Shown here: positions 41,092-48,653 of the stretch, in pieces
How the letters are laid out: the number at the start of each line of letters is the position of its first letter
Position numbering within the stretch: the stretch's first letter is position 1
From: Deferrisomatales bacterium
Lineage (GTDB): Bacteria; Desulfobacterota; Deferrisomatia; Deferrisomatales; JACRMM01
DNA length: 64,000 bases
Assembly (NCBI GenBank): GCA_033551855.1
Contig: JAWSUI010000003.1
Location: forward strand, 96,772-160,771
Direction: 5' to 3'
Program-made: the position numbers and the translations under genes
Notes under the pieces: generated by a model
Databases searched by the model: none
The model's input: the letters and a program-made list of their open reading frames with translations, nothing else
Told to the model about the DNA's origin: nothing

Positions 41092-42158
41092 GGACCCTGC
41101 CTCTGCCGGCAGCCCGGCTCGGCTGCCGGCGCCACCCGATCCGGGGACCCTACGAGGCGGGGCATTCCGCCGCGGGCTGCCACCCCTGTGGACCGAACCG
41201 GGCGACCATCGAGGGCTCCCTTCTTGAGGTAGTAGAGAATTCGTTCTTGGTTCAAGCGAACCCGGTCGAGCATATCGGTCACGATCGCCACCACGAGAAA
41301 GAGCAGGCCGGCAGCTCCGAGCGCTCCTCCAGTAAATCCTGCCCATAGGTGCCCGCTGAACGCTCCCGTCCGCCAATAGTGCGCCAGGAAGAACGACAAG
41401 AGAAAAAAGGACACGGACAGCAGCCCTGCGGCCACGCTCCCAAAGAAGCGAAACGGTCGATAGTCCCGGTAGGTCTTCAGGATGATCTTCGACGTCTGCA
41501 GGGCGTAGCGGAGCAAGCTCCCCGCCACTCGCGACTTGCCGAACTGCCGAGTGCCGCGGATCGGGACCGGTACCTCCAGGATACGAAGCCCCTTGTAGGC
41601 CAAGTCCAGAAACGTCTCGTGTGTGTAAGTGAACTTGCCCAGGAGGTTGAGGTTTAGCGCCGTCTCGCGGCTGTAGGCCCGGAAACCGCAGGAAACGTCG
41701 TGAAAGGTCTGTCCCGTCAAACGGCTGATCAGGCGGGCGATCCGGCGGTTGCCCCAGCGCTTCAGCGCCGGAATCTCCGGGCACGGTTGTCCCTCGGCAA
41801 ATCGGGAGGCAGTCACAAAGTCGGCTCTCCCTTCGAGGATGGGGCTAATAAGCGCGGGGATGTCTTCCGGATCCATTTGCCCGTCGCCATCGATATTCAC
41901 CACGATGTCGGCACCCCACGCGAGAGCGCTCTCGAGGCCGGTACGAAACGCGCAGCCAACCCCCCGAGTGGTCCCGTGGGACACGACCCTCGCGCCGTGC
42001 TCCACGGCCACATCCGCGGATCGGTCGCTGCAGCCGTCATCGACGACGAGAGAAAGCACCTCATCGATCCCGCTAATCTCCTGCGGTACCGCTTCTAGGA
42101 CGGCCCCCAGAGTCAGTTCCTCGTTGAGACAGGGAATCACTACGGCAAGCTTCATCAT
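41088..42158 (-). CDS. Glycosyltransferase family 2, DPM1-like, with C-terminal TM helices
   Basis: VVIPCLNEE, VDDGCSD, NIDGDGQ, ASRF, DVSCGFRAY; two C-terminal TM segments. Confidence 0.9.
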   Translation of the reverse strand: MMKLAVVIPCLNEELTLGAVLEAVPQEISGIDEVLSLVVDDGCSDRSADVAVEHGARVVSHGTTRGVGCAFRTGLESALAWGADIVVNIDGDGQMDPEDIPALISPILEGRADFVTASRFAEGQPCPEIPALKRWGNRRIARLISRLTGQTFHDVSCGFRAYSRETALNLNLLGKFTYTHETFLDLAYKGLRILEVPVPIRGTRQFGKSRVAGSLLRYALQTSKIILKTYRDYRPFRFFGSVAAGLLSVSFFLLSFFLAHYWRTGAFSGHLWAGFTGGALGAAGLLFLVVAIVTDMLDRVRLNQERILYYLKKGALDGRPVRSTGVAARGGMPRLVGSPDRVAPAAEPGCRQRQGP

Positions 42159-42666
42159 GGGTTCCTCGCGCGGGGGTACCCCGCTGATCCCTTCACCGAC
42201 TCACCTCCGCGGAAGCCCCCCTGGTCACCCGGAAACACGAGAACCCCAGTCCGGTCGCAGAATCCCGGGCATGCATCTTACTATGCTTCGTCCATGGACA
42301 GTGTAACCTTGAGTTTCCGGGTCCCTGGGTAAGCCGGATCTATCGCTCCCACGGGAGTTTAACGAGGTAGTCTGGGCAACGCGAGGTCCGAAAACATCCG
42401 GAAGCTTCGGGCCCTCAAGACCTTGGGGGTGCACAAGGAAGGCAACAGGCTGGCAGGCAGATTCCATGCGGAACGCCGTCAGCCGTAATCGAAGCAACCG
42501 GAGTTCGATTGTTCTCCAGATCGATGGGGGGGGGAAAGAGGGGGGGCAGGGATTGAGGTGACAGGAACAAAGCCTTCTATGCTCTCCCGGCTACCCGCCA
42601 CGGTAATCCGGCAACTCGCGAAACCCGGGTAGCGCCGCCTTCGCAAAGTGAGCGTTCAGGCAATGA

Positions 42667-43077
42667 CTACCAATTCTTGTTGTTCTGCTGGTCGATGGTG
42701 AAGAGACCTCCGCTATGGTTGGGGTTGGGAGCGCCCCGGGCCGTCGGGGTGGCCGTGGCGAGGAAAGTCTGGTTGCCCCCCGGCAAGGTCACGCTATAGG
42801 TGTAGAAGAGGCCCCCCGGGTTGCCGGGCTCGAACCCGGGAAGGTCCGCGATCAGCGCGGCCGTATCGGCGCCCGCTAGGTAGACCCGGTTGTCCGCGTA
42901 ATACTGCTCCTGCAGGAGCCGGATCGTCTCGAGGTTCGCCTTGGCCTCGGCCATCTTCGACGTGGAAATGTACCCCCGGTACATGGGTACGGCTACCGCC
43001 GCCAGGATGCCGAGGATGGCGACCACGATCATGAGTTCAACCAGGGTGAAGCCCTTCCTTCGCATGCTCGTTTCCAT
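42667..43077 (-). CDS. Type IV pilin, PilE-like
   Basis: [11 protein letters not shown] prepilin cleavage site with E5; EAKANL...QEQYY...Y; ATP and TIDQ motifs. Confidence 0.9.
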   Translation of the reverse strand: METSMRRKGFTLVELMIVVAILGILAAVAVPMYRGYISTSKMAEAKANLETIRLLQEQYYADNRVYLAGADTAALIADLPGFEPGNPGGLFYTYSVTLPGGNQTFLATATPTARGAPNPNHSGGLFTIDQQNNKNW

Positions 43078-43080
43078 CCC

Positions 43081-43500
43081 CTACTCCAGATCAATGGTGA
43101 TGGCGCTGCCGGTCAGTGGGCTCCCTGCAAGGTCATAGGCCACTACCCCGTAAATGTTGGGTGTCACCGCCGTATTCTTGGTGATCACCACGGTGCCGGG
43201 GTCCGTTCCGCCCGTGGCGAAGGCGTCTGCGGCCGGATGGTACACGCTCTTCCTTCCTGCGCCGTTGAGCTCAGCCACGAACTCGGCCGGGGTGTCGAGG
43301 AAGGGGTTTCCGCCCGCGTTTCTCTTGGCGATTTCATTGCGTACAAGAGAGACGGCGGCACCGTAGTTGCTTTGAAGGGTCGTGAGCTTGGCCCGGGCCA
43401 AATAGTTTACATATTGAGGGATGGCCACCGCGGCCAGGATGCCGAGCACCGCCACCACGATCATCAGCTCGATCAGCGTGAAGCCCGACTCCTTGCGCAT
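43081..43500 (-). CDS. Type IV pilin, paralog of the upstream major pilin
   Basis: [25 protein letters not shown]; aligns with 43576-44025. Confidence 0.9.
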   Translation of the reverse strand: MRKESGFTLIELMIVVAVLGILAAVAIPQYVNYLARAKLTTLQSNYGAAVSLVRNEIAKRNAGGNPFLDTPAEFVAELNGAGRKSVYHPAADAFATGGTDPGTVVITKNTAVTPNIYGVVAYDLAGSPLTGSAITIDLE

Positions 43501-43527
43501 GACCTTACTCTCCTTGGGGTCGGGAAT

Positions 43528-43557
43528 GCGAGAGGGCACCCGGGGGTGCCCTCTCGC
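43528..43557 (-). terminator. Strong hairpin between pilin 1 and pilin 2 (stabiliser or partial terminator)
   Basis: GCGAGAGGGCACC-CGGG-GGTGCCCTCTCGC, perfect 13-bp stem; no clear U tract. Confidence 0.55.
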
Positions 43558-43575
43558 GGTCTCCCGTGAAACCGG

Positions 43576-44025
43576 TTACTCCTTGATGATGGTCGTGGAG
43601 TGATCTGTCGCTGCCGTGCCGTTACCCGTCCAGTCGACCCCAACGTTTACACTGCCGCCGAGTACCAGGGTGCTCAGGTTGGCCACGCTTACCGACACCT
43701 GGCCGTCATGCGCCGGAGCCCCGGCGGCGATGAACGCGGGTTCATCCGGGGTAAAGGGGCTCTTCTTGTCCCCGGAGTTCAGCTCGGCCACGATGTCGGT
43801 CGACGCAGCGGCGCCGGCAGCTTGCTTGGCGAACTCGCTTTTCACGAGATTGACGGCGATGTCGTAGTTCGACTTGGTCGAGTTGACCTTAGCTCGCGCG
43901 ATGTAGTTCAGGTACTGCGGGATCGCCACGGCGGCCAAAATGCCGAGGATGGCGACGACGATCATGAGCTCGATGAGGGTGAAGCCTTCGCGCTTCTGCA
44001 TCTTCTTCCGAATCTGGGTCAGCAT
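43576..44025 (-). CDS. pilA: Major type IV-A pilin
   Basis: [34 protein letters not shown]; first gene after the sigma54 promoter. Confidence 0.88.
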   Translation of the reverse strand: MLTQIRKKMQKREGFTLIELMIVVAILGILAAVAIPQYLNYIARAKVNSTKSNYDIAVNLVKSEFAKQAAGAAASTDIVAELNSGDKKSPFTPDEPAFIAAGAPAHDGQVSVSVANLSTLVLGGSVNVGVDWTGNGTAATDHSTTIIKE

Positions 44026-44189
44026 GGTGCTCCTCCTTGTGGGTTGTGAGCAATGGGCCGTGTGTCTCGCCTGGGTGGTCTGCTCTTCCTGCGCCCGGTC
44101 CGTGTTCCCCCTCCTTCCCCCCTCTCGGGACTCGGGTCCCTGCCGTGCCTGGGTGAACTCATCGTCCGCCTCCCGTCGGCGCTTGAGTC

Positions 44190-44205
44190 AGCAAGGGCCG
44201 TGCCA
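44190..44205 (-). promoter_or_regulatory. Sigma54 promoter of pilA
   Basis: Minus strand TGGCACGGCCCTTGCT, matching the TGGCACG-N4-TTGCW consensus. Confidence 0.88.
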
Positions 44206-44303
44206 CGGGGGTTCGTCGTCTTCGGTGTTCTGCGTCTCTACCGCCAGTAGAAGGGAAAGAAGAGGCCACTACGGGTAGTGTCATTCCTCGGATCGGGCAC
44301 CGA

Positions 44304-44345
44304 TGTCTCCCCGGGAGTGACAGGGAGCGTCAGTGGCGGGTGACG
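44304..44345. promoter_or_regulatory. Candidate PilR upstream activating sites
   Basis: Dyads TGTC-N11-GACA (44304-44322) and CGTCA-N8-TGACG (44328-44345), 100-140 bp upstream of the -24 element. Confidence 0.5.
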
Positions 44346-44381
44346 TTTTTGGGCAGTGGAGAACCTCCGGCGGTGTCTCTC

Positions 44382-44577
44382 CGTCATTCCGGCGCAGGCC
44401 GGAATCCAGGTGTCGCATCCCTTATCGTGGACCCCGGCCTGCCGCCGGGGTGACGGGAAAGAGAGTCTCTGCGGAGTGATCGCCCGTCATTCCAGCGGAG
44501 CCGACCCCGGGCTCCGATCCGGAGGCCGGAATCCAGGGTTTACTAACGGTTGCCTTGCGCCCGGATCGGAGTCCGGC
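44382..44577. repeat. CGTC-type REP palindromes left of the GIY-YIG gene
   Basis: CGTCATTCCGGCGCAGGCCGGAATCCA (44382-44408), an inverted copy (44428-44455) and a compound third copy (44485-44535). Confidence 0.8.
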
Positions 44578-44612
44578 CAACCTTGCCCGTATGAAAGGAA
44601 AAGGGTAGGACC

Positions 44613-44903
44613 ATGCGCAAAGCCCCTTGTGTCTATATCCTCGCCAGCCGCAGGAAAGGAACACTTTACGTCGGCGTCACATCCGACCTGGTCAAGCGGG
44701 TCTGGGAACACAGGAGCGACTTGGTGGAAGGGTTCACCAGGAAATACCGGGTCCACGAGTTGGTCTGGTTCGAGCAGCACGAGACCATGGAGGCCGCCAT
44801 CACGCGGGAGAAGCGGATCAAAGAGTGGAAGCGGCAGTGGAAGGTCAACCTCATCGAAGCGTCCAACCCCGAGTGGCGGGACCTGTACCCGGAACTTCTG
44901 TGA
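44613..44903 (+). CDS. Small stand-alone GIY-YIG nuclease
   Basis: CVYILAS...TLYVGVTSDL..RVWEH, AI.REK.IK.W.R.WK..LIE..NP.W.DL; 96 aa. Confidence 0.92.
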   Translation: MRKAPCVYILASRRKGTLYVGVTSDLVKRVWEHRSDLVEGFTRKYRVHELVWFEQHETMEAAITREKRIKEWKRQWKVNLIEASNPEWRDLYPELL

Positions 44904-44941
44904 AGTGAAGGCCTGCTCTTGCGAGGCGGAGGCAGAAACCG

Positions 44942-45071
44942 TGGACCCCGGCCTCCGCCGGGGATGACGGGGAAAAGAGCTCACGGCGGTGTCCCTCCTT
45001 CGTTCCGGCGGAGGCCGAAATCCATGTGTCGCACCCCTTGCCGTGGACCCCGGCCTGCGCCGGGGTGACGG
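44942..45071. repeat. CGTC-type REP palindromes right of the GIY-YIG gene
   Basis: TGGACCCCGGCCTCCGCCGGGGATGACG (44942-44969), then a doublet whose spacer resembles that of the left doublet. Confidence 0.8.
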
Positions 45072-45107
45072 AGAGGGGCGCCTGGCGGTGGAGAACGGGT
45101 CCTGGGA

Positions 45108-45184
45108 GGGTTATGGGTTATGGGTTATGGGTTATGGGTTATGGGTTATGGTTATGGTTATGGTTATGGGTTATGGGTTATGGG
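45108..45184 (+). repeat. Tandem repeat (GGGTTAT)6(GGTTAT)3(GGGTTAT)2GGG
   Basis: Read directly from the sequence. Confidence 0.97.
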
Positions 45185-45261
45185 CCGAGGTGGGCCAGGG
45201 GACGAGTCCGTGGTAAGGTACCGAGATTAGTTCCTCACGACTGGAAGTTGCAGAGGACGGG

Positions 45262-45543
45262 ATGCCTCGGGAGATCGACGCGAGGAAGATGGAGCAGTAC
45301 CGGGCAGCCGCGAGGAGGCGGGAGGCCGACCGAGAGGCCGCTCGGGAGCGTCGGCGAGAGAGGGCCCTTGCCGTGGCGAGACAGGCTGCGGAGCCCTGGC
45401 TTGGCAGGTTGGGCAGCATGGTCACGGGTGTGGGCGCAGGACGAAGAGGGGTGTCATATAGGACCGATAGGTCATATAGGTCGTATGGCTCTTTTGCATC
45501 GGCCGGCTTCCCCGAGACAGTACCGTGCGGCACCCGTTGTTGA
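45262..45543 (+). pseudogene. Probable N-terminal fragment of an MNT-type nucleotidyltransferase gene
   Basis: Charged helix Y.AAARRR...RRERAL.VARQAA resembles the leader of minimal nucleotidyltransferases, but the LFGS/DxD core is absent; the frame runs into the repeat cassette. Confidence 0.4.
45439..45488. repeat. Left inverted repeat of the four-helix-bundle cassette (9-mer array)
   Basis: Its reverse complement matches 46141-46190 at 42 of 50 positions (manual count). Confidence 0.85.
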
Positions 45544-45587
45544 CCTGACGGCGCTCCAGCGAGAGCCTGCCCCGAAAGGAGCCTTCT

Positions 45588-46157
45588 GTGGCCGAGGGCT
45601 TCATCCCGCCCCACGGCGGCTATCAGACGTTGCTCTCGCACCGGAAGGCGGAGATCGTCTACGACGCCACGGTGCGCTTCTGTACCCGGTTTCTCGACCG
45701 GCGCGACCGCACGACCGACCAGATGGTGCAGGCCGCCCGGTCGGGCAAGCAGAACATCATCGAAGGCAGCATGGCCTCGGCGACCTCGAAGGAGGCCGAG
45801 CTCAAGCTGACCAACGTGGCCCGGGCAAGCCTGGAAGAGCTCCTGGCCGACTACCGCGATTTTCTGAGGACGCGGGGGCTGCGGTTGTGGAGCAAGGATT
45901 CTGAAGAGGCGCTTTTCGTGAGGGGGCTGGGGCGAAGGAAGGATGAGACGTATAGGACCTATGGGACGTATATCGAGACCCGTTCGCCGGAAGTCGTGGC
46001 GAACATCGTCATCTGCTTGATCCACCAGGCCAACTTTCTGCTCGACCGGCAGCTTCGGCAGCTCGAGCAGGCCTTCCTGAGCGAGGGCGGCCTGCGCGAG
46101 CGCATGACGAAGGCGCGCGTCGCCAGCCGGCGCAAGGGTTCTATAGGTCCTATATGA
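45588..46157 (+). CDS. Four-helix-bundle protein (23S rRNA IVP/bAvd-like) with suffix domain
   Basis: GGY..L, DQMVQAARSGKQNIIEGS, LTNVARASLEELLADY, LL.RQ...LE..F..EGG.RERM; GTG start with AAAGGAG RBS. Confidence 0.88.
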   Translation: MAEGFIPPHGGYQTLLSHRKAEIVYDATVRFCTRFLDRRDRTTDQMVQAARSGKQNIIEGSMASATSKEAELKLTNVARASLEELLADYRDFLRTRGLRLWSKDSEEALFVRGLGRRKDETYRTYGTYIETRSPEVVANIVICLIHQANFLLDRQLRQLEQAFLSEGGLRERMTKARVASRRKGSIGPI

Positions 46158-46190
46158 CCTATAGGTCCTATAAGACACCTCTCCTCGGCC
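46141..46190. repeat. Right inverted repeat of the four-helix-bundle cassette
   Basis: CTATAGGTCCTATATGACCTATAGGTCCTATAAGACACCTCTCCTCGGCC; contains the gene's stop codon. Confidence 0.85.
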
Positions 46191-46203
46191 CCCATCCCGA
46201 GCC

Positions 46204-46986
46204 ATGACCCGGCAACCCCCTTCCCCCAAACCCGAGCTCCTCGCCCTCCGAGAGATCCAGGCCAAGTCGGTCCTCACCCGGTCCCGCATCCCGGGGGCCG
46301 ACTACTGCGTCAACCCCTACGTGGGGTGCTCCCACGCCTGCCGCTACTGCTACGCGTCGTTCATGAGGCGGTTCACCGGCCACACGGAGCCCTGGGGGAG
46401 CTTCGTGGACGCCCGGGTGAACGCCCCGGAGGTGTTGGAGCGCCAGCTGCGGCGGGCGCGGCCCGGTCCGGTCCTCCTGAGCTCGGTGACCGACCCCTAC
46501 CAACCCCTGGAGGGGCGCTACCGCCTGACCCGAGGCTGCCTCGAGGCGCTCCTCCGGCACCGCTTCCCGGTGGACATCCTGACCAAGTCCCCCCTGGTCC
46601 TGCGGGATCTCGACGTTCTCGAAGGGGCCGAGGGGGTGGAGGTCGGGCTCACGGTGACCACCGACGACGAGCGGATGCGCGAGGTCTTCGAGCCGGGGGC
46701 GCCGCCCCTGGAGGCCCGCCTCGACGCCCTGCGGCGGCTCCGGGCCCGGGGGGTGCCCACCTACGCCTTCGTGGGGCCGATCCTCCCCATGGACCCGGAG
46801 CGCCTGGCCGATCAGCTCCGCGGCCTGGCCGGCCGATTCTACGTGGACCGGATGAACTACGTCGGCAAGACCGCAGCCCTGTACCGGCAACTCGGGCTGG
46901 GGAAGTGGCTGGACCCGGGGTTCGTGGGCGAGGTGCTGGGCCGGCTGGTGAAGGCCCTCGGGCGGGATCGGGTGGAGGTGTGCTGA
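46204..46986 (+). CDS. Radical SAM protein, spore photoproduct lyase-like family
   Basis: NPYVGCSHACRYCYA (CxxxCxxC), SSVTDPYQP, ILTKS. Confidence 0.85.
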   Translation: MTRQPPSPKPELLALREIQAKSVLTRSRIPGADYCVNPYVGCSHACRYCYASFMRRFTGHTEPWGSFVDARVNAPEVLERQLRRARPGPVLLSSVTDPYQPLEGRYRLTRGCLEALLRHRFPVDILTKSPLVLRDLDVLEGAEGVEVGLTVTTDDERMREVFEPGAPPLEARLDALRRLRARGVPTYAFVGPILPMDPERLADQLRGLAGRFYVDRMNYVGKTAALYRQLGLGKWLDPGFVGEVLGRLVKALGRDRVEVC

Positions 46987-47005
46987 ACCGCCCTCCGTTC
47001 CAAAA

Positions 47006-47051
47006 GGGAGCGCCCTCCCGGGCGCGATCGCGGGCGGGAGCCCGCTCCCAC
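47006..47051. repeat. GTAG/GTGG-type REP doublet between convergent genes
   Basis: GGGAGCGCCCTCCCGGGCGCGA followed by its near inverse TCGCGGGCGGGAGCCCGCTCCCAC. Confidence 0.6.
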
Positions 47052-47053
47052 CG

Positions 47054-47515
47054 TTACTCTTCTGGGAGGTCCCCGGGCACGCGCACCACCTCCTGGAACC
47101 GGCGCACCAGGACCCACTCCTCCACCCGCATCCGCAACAGGGCGCACCCCGGGTCGGCCACGAAGTCGGCGAGGTGGGGGTGCCGGGCCAGGTACGTCCC
47201 CCGGCACGCCTCCCGGTCTCCCGGCGGCACCTCCTCGGCGCGGCCGGTGGCGGTGGCCGCGGTCCCGGCGCCCAAGGCTCCCCGGCCCTCGGAGCGGTCG
47301 TCCAGGAGGAGCGCCGCCCGGGGGTCGGCGGCGAGATTGCCGTACTTGCGGGTGCTCCGGCTGGTGGCGAAGAGCACGTGCCGAAAATCGCCGGTGGCCG
47401 CGAAGGCCACGAGGCTGGCGTAGGGCTGGCCGGCCCCTTGGGTGGACAGCGCCCCCAGTCTCTGGGTGCGCAGCAGGGCGCGGATCGCCTCCCGATCGGC
47501 CCAGCCGGCGGTCAC
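47054..47515 (-). CDS. Pyridoxamine 5'-phosphate oxidase-like (FMN-binding split barrel) protein
   Basis: LSTQ..GQPYASLV, FAT...TRKY.NL..DPR.ALL; GTGA overlap with the upstream gene. Confidence 0.8.
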   Translation of the reverse strand: MTAGWADREAIRALLRTQRLGALSTQGAGQPYASLVAFAATGDFRHVLFATSRSTRKYGNLAADPRAALLLDDRSEGRGALGAGTAATATGRAEEVPPGDREACRGTYLARHPHLADFVADPGCALLRMRVEEWVLVRRFQEVVRVPGDLPEE

Positions 47516-48435
47516 TCCGTACCCTCGCCGGGGGAGGCGGTAAGGAGCTCGCGCAGGGCGGGCTCGAGGGCAGGGAAGCGGAAGGAGAAGCCTGCCTCGA
47601 GCAGGCGCGCGGGCCTCGCCCGCTGGCTGGCCAGGATCACCCCCGCGCACTCCCCGAACAGCAGCCGCAGGGCAAAGGCCGGCGCCGGGACGAGGGAGGG
47701 GCGGCGCAGCACACGGCTCAGAGCGCGGGCCACGTCGATCTGCCTGGCGGGCTCGGGGGCGCAGAAGTTGTAGGGCCCGGCCGCGTTCTCCGTCTCCAGC
47801 AGGAAGAGAAGCCCCTGAACGGCATCCTCCAGGTGCATCCACGACACCCACTGCCGCCCCGAGCCCAGGGGGCCGCCCACGAAGCGCCGGGTGGCCTTCG
47901 CCATCTCCGCCAGGGCGCCGCCGTTCCGCCCCAGAAGAATCCCGAACCGGGTCAGGGCGACCCGGGCCCCCCGCTTTTCCCCTCGGAGGGCCTCCTCCTC
48001 CCAGTCCCGGGCCACGCCCGCCAGGAAGTCCTCGCCGGGCGGCGCCGACTCGTCCAACTCCTCGTCCCCGGCGTCGCCGTAGATCCCGACCCCGGACGCG
48101 TTCACCAGGGTGAAGGGCCTGCCCCGGGGCAGGCACGCCACCAGGTTGCGCGTGGTGGCGAGGCGGCTCTCGCGGATCAGCACCTTGGCCCGGGCGTCCC
48201 AGCGCTGGAAGACGGGGGCTCCCGCCAGGTTCACCGCCCCGTCGCACCCCTCCAGCGGGTCCCACCAGGGACCCCGGCGCATGGGATCCCCCTCCACCAC
48301 GTCGATTCCCTCCGGCAAGGGCAGTCCGCCCTCGCCCTCCCGGCGCAGAAGCACGACGCCGTGGCCCTGCCCGCGCAGGGCGGGAAGGAGCCTGGCGCCG
48401 ACGAAGCCGGTGCCGCCGGTGACGAAGATGCGCAT
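47512..48435 (-). CDS. NAD-dependent epimerase family protein (YfcH/TIGR01777-like)
   Basis: TGGTGFVG, VNLAG, ESRL.TT, GSGRQWVSWMH, F.FP.LE.AL. Confidence 0.88.
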   Translation of the reverse strand: MRIFVTGGTGFVGARLLPALRGQGHGVVLLRREGEGGLPLPEGIDVVEGDPMRRGPWWDPLEGCDGAVNLAGAPVFQRWDARAKVLIRESRLATTRNLVACLPRGRPFTLVNASGVGIYGDAGDEELDESAPPGEDFLAGVARDWEEEALRGEKRGARVALTRFGILLGRNGGALAEMAKATRRFVGGPLGSGRQWVSWMHLEDAVQGLLFLLETENAAGPYNFCAPEPARQIDVARALSRVLRRPSLVPAPAFALRLLFGECAGVILASQRARPARLLEAGFSFRFPALEPALRELLTASPGEGTE

Positions 48436-48534
48436 GGCTTCCTCTGGAAGGGGAGAGACTCCGGAGCATGTCCACCGTAGCCCGGGAACGAGGGGCCGTC
48501 AACGGCCGACGTCGATGCGGCCGGGGCCCACCAA

Positions 48535-48564
48535 TTGACGCGACCCGTCCCGGACTGGTACAAC
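48535..48564 (+). promoter_or_regulatory. Putative sigma70 promoter of etfBA-acd
   Basis: TTGACG-N18-TACAAC with extended TGn. Confidence 0.45.
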
Positions 48565-48653
48565 CTCAAGGCTTTCCAATCCCCGGCGCCCGCAGTGCGG
48601 TTTTCGGCCCCACACCGCCGCGGCAGTCGCCAAGTGACCGCTGGAGGACAGCG

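Noticed and set aside
42585..42655. c-di-GMP-I riboswitch downstream of the pilins
   Set aside because: GGCAA...GAAA...CGCAAA fragments are present, but spacing and pairing do not fit and the strand is opposite to the operon.
43576..44025. Major pilin as a conductive e-pilin
   Set aside because: Only 8 F/Y/W in 135 mature residues (about 6%), with long aromatic-free gaps.
22801..44364. Recombinase-driven invertible pilin segment
   Set aside because: No inverted repeats at the plausible ends and no invertase in the window.
44382..45184. CRISPR array
   Set aside because: The repeats alternate in orientation or are spacer-less tandem units; there are no regular unique spacers and no cas genes.
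45588..46157. Diversity-generating retroelement (Avd-like gene near pilins)
   Set aside because: No reverse transcriptase and no TR/VR pair differing at adenines in the window.
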